A stretch of 64,000 nt of DNA from an uncultured Prochlorococcus sp. Lineage in GTDB: Bacteria > Cyanobacteriota > Cyanobacteriia > PCC-6307 > Cyanobiaceae. The stretch spans positions 20,635 to 84,634 of the forward strand of contig CACNJU010000005.1 of assembly GCA_902620895.1 (NCBI GenBank), written 5' to 3'. The notes beneath the pieces were generated by a model. The model searched no databases. It worked only from the letters and a program-made list of their open reading frames with translations, and had not been told where the DNA came from. Shown one piece after another: positions 1 to 10,935 of the stretch (position 1 is the first letter of the stretch; each line of letters opens with the position of its first letter). The translations under genes and the position numbers were made by a program.

Positions 1-1
1 A

Positions 2-769
2 GATATAAGTCAAATTACAGAACTCCCTCCAGGGAGAGTTCCCATAACCACAAAAATAATTTCAGAGGATGATTTAACTAACTTGTTCAAGGTTGTTGAA
101 GATGAGATCAATAAGGGAAAGCAAGCATATGTGATTTTGCCACTTATAGAAGATTCAGAAAAAATGAATTTAAGCTCAGCAAAGAAAACATTTAAATATT
201 TATCAGAAGAGGTCTTTTCTAACAAAAAAGTTGGATTATTACATGGCAAATTAAGTTCACAAGAGAAGAATGAAGTGATTAATTCTTTTTTAAAGAATGA
301 AATTAATATATTGGTTTCAACCACTGTAATTGAGGTTGGCATTGATGTGCCTAACGCCACAATTATGATTATTTATAATTCGGAGAGATTTGGATTGTCC
401 CAGCTACATCAATTAAGGGGGAGAGTTGGTAGAGGATCAACAAAATCTTTTTGTTATCTGGTAACCTCAGATAAAAATGGATTGGAAAACAAGCGACTTT
501 GTGTTTTGCAAAAATCTAATGATGGCTTTTATATCGCTGAAAAAGACTTGGAGCTTAGAGGACCAGGCCAGATTTTAGGATATAGACAATCCGGATTGCC
601 TGATTTTGTACTGGACAATTTACCTAATAATAAATTTCTTATTGATAAGGCACGAGAAGAGGCTATTAAGCTTATTAGTGATGACCCTGATTTAAAAGAA
701 AATATTGTTTTAAGGAATATACTTATTGATAATTCTGAAAATAAATTCATTCATGATTTCTTGAATTGA
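2..769 (+). CDS. recG: ATP-dependent DNA helicase RecG, C-terminal part (5' truncated by window edge)
   Basis: Helicase motifs STTVIEVGIDVPNAT, ERFGLSQLHQLRGRVGRG and DLELRGPG. Confidence 0.95.
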   Translation, partial: DISQITELPPGRVPITTKIISEDDLTNLFKVVEDEINKGKQAYVILPLIEDSEKMNLSSAKKTFKYLSEEVFSNKKVGLLHGKLSSQEKNEVINSFLKNEINILVSTTVIEVGIDVPNATIMIIYNSERFGLSQLHQLRGRVGRGSTKSFCYLVTSDKNGLENKRLCVLQKSNDGFYIAEKDLELRGPGQILGYRQSGLPDFVLDNLPNNKFLIDKAREEAIKLISDDPDLKENIVLRNILIDNSENKFIHDFLN

Positions 770-826
770 AAACTATCATTGTAATTTTTGATATATATGC
801 CACTATAAAACAATTGCAAATTTCAA

Positions 827-1510
827 TTGAAAATTTGGAATAAGATACCAATTAAAGATAATGGAGATAAATTAATAGCTATACCTAGCTGCTTAAAGTT
901 TTTAGATCCCCATCCTTACTCTCAATTAGGAGCACCTTATAAAGACAAAACTGCTATTTGGAAATTAAGAGAGGAGGTCGTAAAGAGATTAGTAAAAGCA
1001 AATAATTATTTTATATCAAAAAGTAGTTTTAACCTTTTAATTTATGACAGTTGGCGACCTTTAGAAGTCCAGGAATTTATGTTTAAAAGAGCATTTTCAT
1101 TAGAGTGTAAAAAATCTGAAATTGATATTTCTTTTGAAAATATAAAATCTTTTCCATCTATTTTAAAAAAAGTTGAAAAATTTTGGGCATATCCTTCTTA
1201 TGACACCAAGTGTCCTCCACCTCATTCAACTGGAGGTGCATTGGACGTCTGTTTAACAGATAAAGATGGAAAACTTATTGAAATGGGTGGCATGGTTGAT
1301 CAAATGGATGAGACCTCAAATCCTGATTTTTATGCAAATAAAACAAATGAAGAAGCAATTATTTGGAATGGTAGAAGAAATTTATTAAGGGAAATTATGA
1401 CTAAATTTGGATTTGCTCAACATCCTAATGAATGGTGGCATTTTTGTTATGGCGATCAATTATGGGCTTGGAAAAATAAAAAAGCAAATGCCCTTTATGG
1501 AAAAATTTAA
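827..1510 (+). CDS. D-alanyl-D-alanine dipeptidase (M15/VanX-DdpX family)
   Basis: YDSWRP, PPHSTGGALD and EWWHF zinc-peptidase motifs. Confidence 0.85.
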   Translation: MKIWNKIPIKDNGDKLIAIPSCLKFLDPHPYSQLGAPYKDKTAIWKLREEVVKRLVKANNYFISKSSFNLLIYDSWRPLEVQEFMFKRAFSLECKKSEIDISFENIKSFPSILKKVEKFWAYPSYDTKCPPPHSTGGALDVCLTDKDGKLIEMGGMVDQMDETSNPDFYANKTNEEAIIWNGRRNLLREIMTKFGFAQHPNEWWHFCYGDQLWAWKNKKANALYGKI

Positions 1511-1513
1511 AAT

Positions 1514-3301
1514 CTATTGAACTTTATTTAGTAAATTCAATATATATTTCTCATCTTGAGTATTTATAAAGTCTCCGAAATCCAAATCTAAATTACTCTT
1601 CCAATTATCAAATAATGGTTTAAGAGTTTTTTCTAAATCTTTAAGTTCCATTCTTTGTAAGAAAGGTTTAGCCAACCTTTGTAGATTTTTACTTCCCCCT
1701 AACCATAATTGGTATTTGTTTTGCCCACTTCCAACAAGTGCTAATTCGGCCATATAAGGCCTGGTACATCCATTCGGACATCCTGTCATTCTGAATAATA
1801 TTGTCTTTTGTATTTTTAGATCTAATAGTAAATCTTCAATCCTTTTTAGTACATCAGGTAATATTCTTTCAGCTTCAGTCATTGCAAGACCACAAAGTGG
1901 TAAAGCAGGACAAGCTAAAGCGTGCCTTTGTATTTTATTAATATTTTCTAAATTTTCGTATCCAATTTTTGATAGAGATTTTTGAATCTCACCTTTGTTT
2001 TTATTGGGGATATTACAAAGTAAAATATCTTGATTAGGTGTGAGTCTTAAATCTAAATTATATTTTTTTACAATACTTGTGATGGTATTCTTTTTCTCTC
2101 CAGATAATCTTCCTGATAATAATGGTAAACCTACGAAATGGGAGGTTTTATTTTGTTTATGCCAACCTAGGTAATCAATAAGAACCTGATCAGGTTCTTT
2201 TCTAATTTTTTTAATTTCTTTTTTGAAATACTTATCAGAAAGTATCTTTTTGAACCATTTAATACCTTTTCTATGAAGAAGATATTTCATTCTCGAATTT
2301 TTTCTTGATTTTCTATCACCATAATCTCTTTGAATAGCCACAATACTTTGTAATAATTCATAAACATCTGGTTGTTCAACATATCCAAGTGGATCTGCAA
2401 TTCTGGCAAAAGTCTCCTCATTATTATGTGTACGGCCCATCCCACCTCCAACATAGAAGTTGCATCCTTCCAAGTTTCCATCTTTAGAAGTAAAGGCAAC
2501 TATTCCTATGTCATTGGTAAGAAGATCAACAGAATTGTCCCCAGGAACTGTGACGGCACATTTGAATTTTCTCGGTAAATAAGTTGAACCATAAAGAGGC
2601 TCATCTTTTATTCCACTAAAAACATTATCTTTGAATTGGAGCTTCCTAATTGCTTCAATATCTTCATCAGGCTTTATGGTGTACTCTAAATCTCCATCAG
2701 CCCAAAGCTCTAAAAAAGTACCTTGTCCAGCCATTGGGGTGAGAAGATCTGCAATTTTTTTTGCCAATGCTCTTGCAATATTATAGTCTGGCGAATCAAA
2801 TGGAGCCGCAGGGGCCATAACATTTCTATTAATGTCTCCACATGCAGCTAATGTGGAACCCATTGAATGTACTATTGTTTGAATTACTTCCTTTAGGTTA
2901 TCCTTTCTAATTCCATGCATTTGAAAGGCTTGTCTTGTAGTGGCCCTAAGTGTCCCATTACCTAGTTTGTCAGATAATTCATCTAATGCTAAAAATAATT
3001 TCCCAGGGACTTCACCGCCCGGATTTCTTAACCTAAGCATCATTTGCCAATCTTTACTTTTGCCCGGCCTTCTATTTTCCCTGTTATCTTGTTGATAACT
3101 ACCATGAAATTTTAATAACTGAACTGCATCATTAGTAAAATGATCACTTTCATTGACTAATTCTGTAGCAAGTGGTTCCTTAAGAAATTGGCTACTTTTT
3201 TTAAAATTTTCAAATTTAGAGACTTCTAGTCCATTTGCTAAACAAGCAGTCTCTTCCTTTGCAGAATCTTTTTTCTTTTTTACTTTCTCAACCTTGATCA
3301 A
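1514..3301 (-). CDS. sir: Ferredoxin-sulfite reductase
   Basis: KFHGSYQQD, TTRQAFQ, YLPRKFK, CPALPLC and MTGCPNGC siroheme/4Fe-4S motifs. Confidence 0.95.
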   Translation of the reverse strand: MIKVEKVKKKKDSAKEETACLANGLEVSKFENFKKSSQFLKEPLATELVNESDHFTNDAVQLLKFHGSYQQDNRENRRPGKSKDWQMMLRLRNPGGEVPGKLFLALDELSDKLGNGTLRATTRQAFQMHGIRKDNLKEVIQTIVHSMGSTLAACGDINRNVMAPAAPFDSPDYNIARALAKKIADLLTPMAGQGTFLELWADGDLEYTIKPDEDIEAIRKLQFKDNVFSGIKDEPLYGSTYLPRKFKCAVTVPGDNSVDLLTNDIGIVAFTSKDGNLEGCNFYVGGGMGRTHNNEETFARIADPLGYVEQPDVYELLQSIVAIQRDYGDRKSRKNSRMKYLLHRKGIKWFKKILSDKYFKKEIKKIRKEPDQVLIDYLGWHKQNKTSHFVGLPLLSGRLSGEKKNTITSIVKKYNLDLRLTPNQDILLCNIPNKNKGEIQKSLSKIGYENLENINKIQRHALACPALPLCGLAMTEAERILPDVLKRIEDLLLDLKIQKTILFRMTGCPNGCTRPYMAELALVGSGQNKYQLWLGGSKNLQRLAKPFLQRMELKDLEKTLKPLFDNWKSNLDLDFGDFINTQDEKYILNLLNKVQ

Positions 3302-3388
3302 CGGACCAAAACATATCTCTTTTTATACATTAGCGAAAAGCTTATTTAACTGGTAGTAAATTATAGTAAGTGAAGTTATATTTTTTTC

Positions 3389-5551
3389 TTGTCTAAATAT
3401 TTACTTGAGATAGGAACAGAAGAGTTGCCCGCAAAATTTTCTCATTCTGTTCTAGAGCAATTTAAATCTCTAATAGAGTTTGAATTGGATAAAAAATTAA
3501 TCAAATTCGAACGAATAGTTGTTACCTCCACACCAAGGAGGATAGTTCTACTTCTCGAAGGTTTAGTTGATTATGCAGAAGATAAGATAATAGAAAGAAA
3601 AGGGCCTAAAGCAAATTTAGCTTATTTAAATGGATTTCCTACTAATGCTGCTTTAGGATTTGCTAATAGCTTAGATATAGATGTAGGTAAGCTAGAAATA
3701 AAAAAAACGGAAAAAGGTGATTTTATATTTGGAAAGAAAATTGAGAAAGGACTATCAACAAAAATTTCTTTGTCTTCGATTATCCCAAAATTAGTAGAGA
3801 GTCTTCAAGGCCCTCGATTTATGAGATGGGGGGGTGGGAACATAAAATTTTCAAGACCTATTAGGTGGATTGCCTCAATTTATAATGATGAAATTCTTGA
3901 TTTTGAATTTGATGCATGTGATCCAAAAATCAAAATAAGTAATAAAACAAAAAGTCATAGGTTAATCAATGAAGTTTTAGAAATTCAGAGTCCTGATGAT
4001 TTTTTTGAATTATTGAAACGAAATAGAGTAATAGCTATTCGAAAAGAAAGAAAAGAAAAAATTGAAAGTTTAATAAATCAAGCATCTATTTCTTTAAATC
4101 TGAAACCTGACCTATCAGAAGGATTACTAAATGAACTAACTGATTTAGTTGAATGGCCAGACTTAATTATTGGCAAATTTAGTAATGAATTTCTTGATCT
4201 TCCGGTTGAAGTTCTCTCAACAGTCATGAAAAATCATCAGAGATACGTTCCTCTTTTATTTAAAAATGAAAGTTTTTCTAAACTAGATTTAAGTTCTGAA
4301 AAAAATATTAGTACAACTTTCTGCGTTATTTCAAATGGTCTTGAAGAATCAAATAATAATATTGCCAAAGGTAATCAGAAAGTATTAAGGGCTAGGTTTT
4401 CAGATGCAAAGTTTTTCGTAGAAAGCGACAAAAAAGTTGCTTCAATCGAAAGAAATGAAAAACTAAAATCTGTTTCATATTTAAAAGGACTTGGAAATAT
4501 ATTTCAGAGGGTAGAAAGGATAGAAGAAGTTACTAAAAAAATTCTTAAATTTTTAGATGATAAGTCTTTAGAAGAAAAAAAAATAATAGAAGCTGCTAAA
4601 TACTGTAAAAACGACTTATGTAGCGAAATTGTTTTCGAATTCCCTGAGCTGCAAGGAATAATGGGTGGTAAATATCTTAAATATGAGGGATTTAGTGAGG
4701 ATGTTTGCTTGGCTGTCGCTGAACATTATTTGCCTTCTTTTTATAAAGATGCTTTGCCATCCACAAAATATGGTGCAATAGTTTCCATAGCAGATAAGGT
4801 CGAAACTTTAATAAGTATATTTATTTCTGGTAAACGTCCTAGTGGATCATCTGATCCTTATGCTTTAAGAAGAAATTTGAATGGAGTGATTAAAATAATT
4901 TGGGATTATGAATTTGATTTACCTTTAGATAAATTATTCAACGAACTTATTGATTTTTGGAAAATCGTATTTCCGAATTTAAACTTCTCAAGAGAAACAG
5001 TATTTAATGATTTAAATGAATTTTTAGTTCAAAGAATTGTTAGTCATCTAGAAGAAATATCACTAAGTAAAGATTTAATAAAGGCCGTTTGCTCTTCTGA
5101 TGAATTATCTCAAAAAAGAGTCTTTAATATTGTTGATCTTAAGAATAGGATTAATTCTATTATTAATTTTAACGAAAAGGATAATTTTGTTGAAATCCAG
5201 AAGGTAATTACAAGGGTAAGCAAATTAGCAAATAAAAGTGATATTTCAAGAGAGGTTCTCTCAACAAGAGATTATGTAAACACAAAACTTTTTGAAAAAG
5301 ATTGTGAATTCAAAGTTTTTGAATTTATTGGAGAATTAGAAAAACTTTTTTCAGAAGGTTTTTGCAATTATTTGGAACTTCTAAATTTGTTTGAGATTAA
5401 TGTAAAAACTATCGAGGACTTATTTGATAATGAAAAGGGAGTCCTAATAATGTCAGAGGATTTAAAAAAAAGAAATAATAGACTCAATTTGTTGAGCTTA
5501 ATTAGAAATTATTCTCTAAAAATTGCCGACTTTACACTTTTGAACTCTTAA
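3389..5551 (+). CDS. glyS: Glycyl-tRNA synthetase beta subunit
   Basis: LLEIGTEELP, FPELQG and PSGSSDPYALRR motifs; 720 aa. Confidence 0.95.
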   Translation: MSKYLLEIGTEELPAKFSHSVLEQFKSLIEFELDKKLIKFERIVVTSTPRRIVLLLEGLVDYAEDKIIERKGPKANLAYLNGFPTNAALGFANSLDIDVGKLEIKKTEKGDFIFGKKIEKGLSTKISLSSIIPKLVESLQGPRFMRWGGGNIKFSRPIRWIASIYNDEILDFEFDACDPKIKISNKTKSHRLINEVLEIQSPDDFFELLKRNRVIAIRKERKEKIESLINQASISLNLKPDLSEGLLNELTDLVEWPDLIIGKFSNEFLDLPVEVLSTVMKNHQRYVPLLFKNESFSKLDLSSEKNISTTFCVISNGLEESNNNIAKGNQKVLRARFSDAKFFVESDKKVASIERNEKLKSVSYLKGLGNIFQRVERIEEVTKKILKFLDDKSLEEKKIIEAAKYCKNDLCSEIVFEFPELQGIMGGKYLKYEGFSEDVCLAVAEHYLPSFYKDALPSTKYGAIVSIADKVETLISIFISGKRPSGSSDPYALRRNLNGVIKIIWDYEFDLPLDKLFNELIDFWKIVFPNLNFSRETVFNDLNEFLVQRIVSHLEEISLSKDLIKAVCSSDELSQKRVFNIVDLKNRINSIINFNEKDNFVEIQKVITRVSKLANKSDISREVLSTRDYVNTKLFEKDCEFKVFEFIGELEKLFSEGFCNYLELLNLFEINVKTIEDLFDNEKGVLIMSEDLKKRNNRLNLLSLIRNYSLKIADFTLLNS

Positions 5552-6872
5552 CTTTAATTCCTCCCTTTATTGAATAATTTTCTAGCATTTTTTCTACCTC
5601 TTTATTTTCCCTGACAGCACTATCAACGGGTTTATATTTTAGAGGCGCTAGGGCTTTCCCTCTTAAAATCGAACCAAGTGTAAGCATCGTAATTTTAAGT
5701 TGCTGTAATGGTTTCATAGAGACAACTCTTTTGTATAAGTAACTATCAAAAGTAAGTCTTTGAACATCCATGTCATCACACATCTCAACAAAGGCTTCTC
5801 TAGCAGAATCATTTCTGTAGAAAATATTTTGAAGGATTTCTAGTACCTTATAAGTTGTGCCATATTTTTTATCCCATTTTTTAAGATAGTTTTTTAGATC
5901 TTTTTCTGATGGAATTACTTGACCATTTTTTGATGCTTCAACAATTTCTTCAGCACACATTCTTCCGCTTTTTGCAGCAAAATAAATACCTTCTCCAGAG
6001 CTTTTTGTAACATAACCAGCTGCATCACCAACCAATGCCATTCTCCCAACTACCCTTCTTGGCCTTGGATGCTCTGGAATAGGGTGAGCTTCTACCTTTA
6101 TTACTTCACCATTAACAAGTCTTTTCTTTGCCCTATTTCTTACACCCTCTTGAAGCCCTTTAATTAATGACTGATTCTTTTGCATGGTTCCTGTGCCCAC
6201 AGCAACATGATCATATTTAGGAAATACCCACCCATAAAAATCAGGTGAAACATCAGTTCCAACATACATTTCAGCAAGATCTTCGTAGTAACTCATTTCT
6301 TCTTTAGGCAATTTAATTCTTTCCTGAAATGCTATAGCAACTTTGTAATCACCTGCATCCATTGCTTTTGCAACTCTGCTATTGGCTCCATCAGCTCCGA
6401 TCAAAAGGTCAACAGTAAGTTCTTTTAGTTCCCCTTTTTTATCTCCATTCGCAAAATCTGAGTAGGAAAGCTTATATGGCCCTTGATTATTATCGCCAGT
6501 ATCAATAGAAGTAACTAATCCATTTATTAATGTAGCACCAAGATCTGATGCTCTGTTGCGCATAAAGGCATCCATAACTTCTCTTCTACACATCCCAATA
6601 AACTCATTATCACTTTTCCCATAAACTCTATCTAAACTTATATCTACTTCTCTATTTGATGGAGATATCATTCTCATATGCCTTACTTTTCTGTCAATAA
6701 TTGACTCAGGCAAATCAAATTCTTCGACCATGCAAAGTGGAATTGCTCCTCCACATGGTTTCGCATTATCTAATTTTCTCTCGAAGAGCCAAGTTTTTAT
6801 TCCAGCTTTAGCAAGTATTTCTGCCGCACATGAACCACTTGGACCTCCACCAATAACAGCTACCCTCAACAT
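5532..6872 (-). CDS. chlP: Geranylgeranyl reductase
   Basis: VAVIGGGPSG FAD motif, AKPCGGAIPLCM, GEGIYFAAKSGR. Confidence 0.95.
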   Translation of the reverse strand: MLRVAVIGGGPSGSCAAEILAKAGIKTWLFERKLDNAKPCGGAIPLCMVEEFDLPESIIDRKVRHMRMISPSNREVDISLDRVYGKSDNEFIGMCRREVMDAFMRNRASDLGATLINGLVTSIDTGDNNQGPYKLSYSDFANGDKKGELKELTVDLLIGADGANSRVAKAMDAGDYKVAIAFQERIKLPKEEMSYYEDLAEMYVGTDVSPDFYGWVFPKYDHVAVGTGTMQKNQSLIKGLQEGVRNRAKKRLVNGEVIKVEAHPIPEHPRPRRVVGRMALVGDAAGYVTKSSGEGIYFAAKSGRMCAEEIVEASKNGQVIPSEKDLKNYLKKWDKKYGTTYKVLEILQNIFYRNDSAREAFVEMCDDMDVQRLTFDSYLYKRVVSMKPLQQLKITMLTLGSILRGKALAPLKYKPVDSAVRENKEVEKMLENYSIKGGIKVKSSKV

Positions 6873-6985
6873 ATGAAAAAAAAATAATACTGTATATAAA
6901 AACTACATCTTTTTTGCTTATAAAAGTGCATTTCTTAAAATAATAGTTAATATCGAAATATCTTTTCCAAATTCACTTCTAAATA

Positions 6986-7699
6986 TTGGAACTAAACAAA
7001 GATATCGATCAATTTGATATACCACTTGCCAAAAGAACTTACATAAATAATCCAAATTCAACATTATTAAAAAAACTATTAATATTTTCTCCATTTCTTT
7101 TTCTTATCTTTTCTTTCGCTGCATTGCGATTAATTAAAAATATAGAAATAGGATCTTTTGATAATCTCAATTTTCAGGCTCAGATAAATCACGACCATAG
7201 AATTTTAGGTCATTTACCCTATGCGGAAATTTCTAAGGAGAAACTAGTTTTAATTGAGCCTAATATTGAAGTTCATATTGATATGCGCGATTCTCTACTA
7301 TATATGAGAGAAGAAGCCAAAAAGGATGGGATATATTTAGTCTTCTTGAGTGGTTATAGATCAATAAATTTGCAAAACGATATCTTTTATTCTTTAAAAT
7401 CTATTAGAAATCAAGAAGCGGCGGAAAGAGCTAGAGTTTCAGCCCCTCCAGGGTATTCCGAACATAGTACAGGTTTCGCAATCGATATTGGTGATGCTAC
7501 TCAAAGAGAGACAGACTTTGAAACCGACTTTGAAAATACTGACGCTTTTAGATGGTTAATAAAAAATGCAGCTAAGTTTCACTTTAAGTTATCGTTCAAC
7601 AAAGATAATAAATATATAGATTACGAACCCTGGCATTGGAGATATGAGGGGTCAATTGAAGCATTAAAAGTTTTTGAAAGCTCAAATAGAAAATTATAA
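6986..7699 (+). CDS. D-alanyl-D-alanine carboxypeptidase (VanY/M15B family), membrane anchored
   Basis: SGYRS, APPGYSEHSTGFAID and YEPWHWRY; N-terminal TM helix. Confidence 0.85.
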   Translation: MELNKDIDQFDIPLAKRTYINNPNSTLLKKLLIFSPFLFLIFSFAALRLIKNIEIGSFDNLNFQAQINHDHRILGHLPYAEISKEKLVLIEPNIEVHIDMRDSLLYMREEAKKDGIYLVFLSGYRSINLQNDIFYSLKSIRNQEAAERARVSAPPGYSEHSTGFAIDIGDATQRETDFETDFENTDAFRWLIKNAAKFHFKLSFNKDNKYIDYEPWHWRYEGSIEALKVFESSNRKL

Positions 7700-7827
7700 A
7701 TCTAATTGATTAATTTAATTATTCAATAAATTATATTTTTCAAAGTCTTAAAGAGAAAATTCTCATAATAAGCATACTTTGAGTTAGCCTTAATAAAGTC
7801 AATCTAATATTTATATAAATTCTATAA

Positions 7828-9624
7828 ATGTCATCTTCGATAAAAGAAATTAGAAATGTTGCAATTATTGCTCACGTAGATCATGGGAAGACAACTCTTG
7901 TAGATGCATTGTTATCTCAATCAGGAATATTTAGAGACAATGAAGTTATCCCTACATGCGTAATGGATTCAAATGATCTTGAAAGAGAAAGGGGGATAAC
8001 AATTCTCTCAAAAAATACTGCAGTTAACTACAAAGATACCAGAATTAATATTATAGACACACCTGGACATGCTGATTTTGGAGGAGAAGTTGAAAGGGTT
8101 TTGGGAATGGTTGATGGTTGTCTGCTTATTGTTGATGCAAATGAGGGACCGATGCCTCAAACAAGATTTGTTTTAAAAAAAGCATTAGAAAAAGGACTTA
8201 GGCCTATAGTCTTTGTAAATAAAATTGATAGACCACGAGTAGTACCAGAAATAGCAATTGATAAGGTCCTTGATTTGTTTTTGGAGTTAGGTGCTGATGA
8301 TGATCAATGTGATTTCCCTTATCTTTTTGGGAGTGGCTTATCTGGTTTCGCAAAAGAAGAGATGGAATCTAATAGTGATAATATGATGCCTCTTTTTGAA
8401 GCTATTATTAGACACGTTCCTCCTCCAGTAGGGGATTCTAATAAGCCTCTTCAGCTACAAATAACTACTTTGGACTATTCTGATTTCTTGGGCAGAATAG
8501 TAATTGGGAAGATCCACAATGGAACTATAAAAAATGGCCAACAGGCTAGTTTAATTAAAGAAAACGGAAAAACTATTAAAGGTAAGGTTAGTAAGCTTTT
8601 AGGATTTGAAGGATTACAAAGAATTGATATAAATGAAGCATTTGCAGGTGATATTGTTGCTGTTTCTGGTTTCGATGACGTCAATATTGGTGAGACCATA
8701 GCATGTCCCGATTCTCCTCATCCTCTTCCGTTAATCAAAGTTGATGAACCTACTTTAAATATGACTTTTGTTGTTAATGACTCACCATTCGCGGGTAAGG
8801 AAGGGAAATTTGTTACTAGTAGACAATTAAAAAATAGATTGGAGAGGGAACTTTTAACAAATGTTGCCCTGAGAGTAGAAGAAACTGATTCTCCTGACAG
8901 GTTTTCAGTTTCAGGAAGAGGAGAATTACATCTAGGGATATTGATTGAAACTATGAGAAGAGAGGGTTTTGAGTTTCAAATCTCACAACCTCAAGTAATT
9001 TTCAGAGAAATTGATAATGTTGAATGTGAGCCTATAGAGACTTTGGTTTTAGATGTGCCTGAAGTATCTGTTGGTTCTTGCATCGAAAAACTTGGATCTC
9101 GAAAGGCAGAGATGACAAACATGCAGACAAGTTCAGATGGTAGAACTCAATTAGAATTTCTAGTACCATCAAGAGGATTAATTGGATTTCGTGGGGAGTT
9201 TGTAAGGATAACTAGAGGTGAAGGTATCATGAGCCATTCGTTTTATGAATATAAACCTAAAACAGGAGACTTTGAAACCAGAAGGAATGGCGTTCTTATA
9301 GCTTTTGAGGAAGGTGTAGCCACATTTTATGCTTTAAAGAATGCTGAAGATAGGGGAGTATATTTCATTAAACCTGGAGTTAAAGTTTACAAAGGGATGA
9401 TAATTGGTGAGAATAATCGACCTCAAGATCTTGAGTTGAACATATGTAAAACTAAGCAGTTGACTAATATGAGATCTGCAGGAGCAGAAGAACTTGATAC
9501 TTTGCAGTCACCTGTGGATATTACCCTTGAAAGAGCACTAGAATATATTGGTCCAGATGAAATGCTAGAGGTAACACCGGATTCAATAAGAATGAGAAAA
9601 ATAAATAAAAAGAAAAAAAATTAA
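7828..9624 (+). CDS. typA: Translational GTPase TypA/BipA
   Basis: [43 protein letters not shown]. Confidence 0.97.
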   Translation: MSSSIKEIRNVAIIAHVDHGKTTLVDALLSQSGIFRDNEVIPTCVMDSNDLERERGITILSKNTAVNYKDTRINIIDTPGHADFGGEVERVLGMVDGCLLIVDANEGPMPQTRFVLKKALEKGLRPIVFVNKIDRPRVVPEIAIDKVLDLFLELGADDDQCDFPYLFGSGLSGFAKEEMESNSDNMMPLFEAIIRHVPPPVGDSNKPLQLQITTLDYSDFLGRIVIGKIHNGTIKNGQQASLIKENGKTIKGKVSKLLGFEGLQRIDINEAFAGDIVAVSGFDDVNIGETIACPDSPHPLPLIKVDEPTLNMTFVVNDSPFAGKEGKFVTSRQLKNRLERELLTNVALRVEETDSPDRFSVSGRGELHLGILIETMRREGFEFQISQPQVIFREIDNVECEPIETLVLDVPEVSVGSCIEKLGSRKAEMTNMQTSSDGRTQLEFLVPSRGLIGFRGEFVRITRGEGIMSHSFYEYKPKTGDFETRRNGVLIAFEEGVATFYALKNAEDRGVYFIKPGVKVYKGMIIGENNRPQDLELNICKTKQLTNMRSAGAEELDTLQSPVDITLERALEYIGPDEMLEVTPDSIRMRKINKKKKN

Positions 9625-9635
9625 TAATTACTTTA

Positions 9636-10004
9636 ATGAACGAAGAAAGTGCAAAAAGTTTTCAAGATTCTCTTTTTACGGCTTTAAATCTTTTTAACAA
9701 TCATGAATGGTACGAGGCTCATGATGCTTTTGAAGAAATATGGAATTCCGTAGATGGTGACGAAAGACAAGTTATCCAAGGAATTTTACAAGTATCTGTT
9801 TCTCAGTTTCACTTAAGTAAAGGTAATTTAAATGGAGCTACTATTTTGCTTGGAGAGGGTCTAGGCAGAATAAAAACTAGAACCAAGATTGACTTAGGGA
9901 TTGATCTTGAATGCTTCTGCAAATGTTTAGAAGATTTATTAAGGAAACTACAATACAGAGAATTATTAAACGAGAACGATAAGCCTTTTTTGAAACCTCT
10001 TTGA
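9636..10004 (+). CDS. DUF309 family protein
   Basis: LFN-x-EWYEAHDAFEEIW and QGILQ motifs typical of DUF309. Confidence 0.8.
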   Translation: MNEESAKSFQDSLFTALNLFNNHEWYEAHDAFEEIWNSVDGDERQVIQGILQVSVSQFHLSKGNLNGATILLGEGLGRIKTRTKIDLGIDLECFCKCLEDLLRKLQYRELLNENDKPFLKPL

Positions 10005-10091
10005 TGAATATATCTTTATCTTCAATTAAATTATTATTATGTATTTAATTTTTTTTCAAGAAACTAAGAAAACTAATCGAGCTCAAGGAAA

Positions 10092-10820
10092 ATGAACCTA
10101 AATATTCATAATGTATCTCTTTCAATTAAAGGTAGATTAATTGTAAATGATGTTTCCATAACTGTTAATCCAGGGGAAGTTGTAGGTTTGATGGGACCTA
10201 ATGGTGCTGGGAAAACTACAACTTTTAATCTTGCAGTTGGGAATATAAAACCAGATAAAGGTGAAATTTTAATGAATGGGAAAAATATAACCAATCTTCC
10301 TCTACCAATTAGATCAAGACTTGGGTTAGGGTACTTAACTCAGGAAGCGAGTATATTTAGAGACCTCACAGTTAAGGATAATATAGATTTGGCTTTACAA
10401 AATTCGTCTTATAGTAGAGCAGCTATAAGAAATAGAAGAGAACAATTAATTAATGAATTTAATTTGAATAACTTTGTAGATAATTATGGCTATCAACTTT
10501 CAGGAGGAGAGAGGAGGAGGTGTGAAATTGCAAGGGCTCTCACTGTAGGCAGAAAAGGACCAAAATATTTATTATTAGACGAACCTTTTGCTGGGATAGA
10601 TCCTCTAGCTGTTAATGATCTAAAGAAACTAATTCTAAAATTAAGTAGTGATGGGGTGGGGATTCTCATTACAGACCATAATGTGAGGGAAACCCTTCTA
10701 ATTACTAACAAATCATATGTATTAAGTGAAGGAAAAATTTTAGCTAACGGTTCATCAAGTGAATTGGCTAATAATCCAATAGTCAAGAAATATTATCTTG
10801 GAGATAATTTCAAACTTTGA
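10092..10820 (+). CDS. lptB: LPS export ABC transporter ATP-binding protein LptB
   Basis: GPNGAGKTTTF, YLTQEASIFR, LSGGERRR, LLDEPFAGIDP, ITDHNVRETL, YYLG. Confidence 0.88.
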   Translation: MNLNIHNVSLSIKGRLIVNDVSITVNPGEVVGLMGPNGAGKTTTFNLAVGNIKPDKGEILMNGKNITNLPLPIRSRLGLGYLTQEASIFRDLTVKDNIDLALQNSSYSRAAIRNRREQLINEFNLNNFVDNYGYQLSGGERRRCEIARALTVGRKGPKYLLLDEPFAGIDPLAVNDLKKLILKLSSDGVGILITDHNVRETLLITNKSYVLSEGKILANGSSSELANNPIVKKYYLGDNFKL

Positions 10821-10935
10821 AATGCTTTTTTTAAAAATAAATTAAAACTTTATTATTAAAGATTTACTCATATGAGAATGATTTTAATTATTATTTTATT
10901 GTCATTGAATATTAAAACTTGAGAAATTTCTAGAA

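Noticed and set aside
827-7699. VanX-like and VanY-like genes as vancomycin resistance determinants
   Set aside because: No vanA/H/R/S; these are housekeeping peptidoglycan peptidases
10872-10888. ATGAGAATGATTTTAAT upstream of ccsA as a Fur box
   Set aside because: Only one good half-site in very AT-rich DNA; insufficient support
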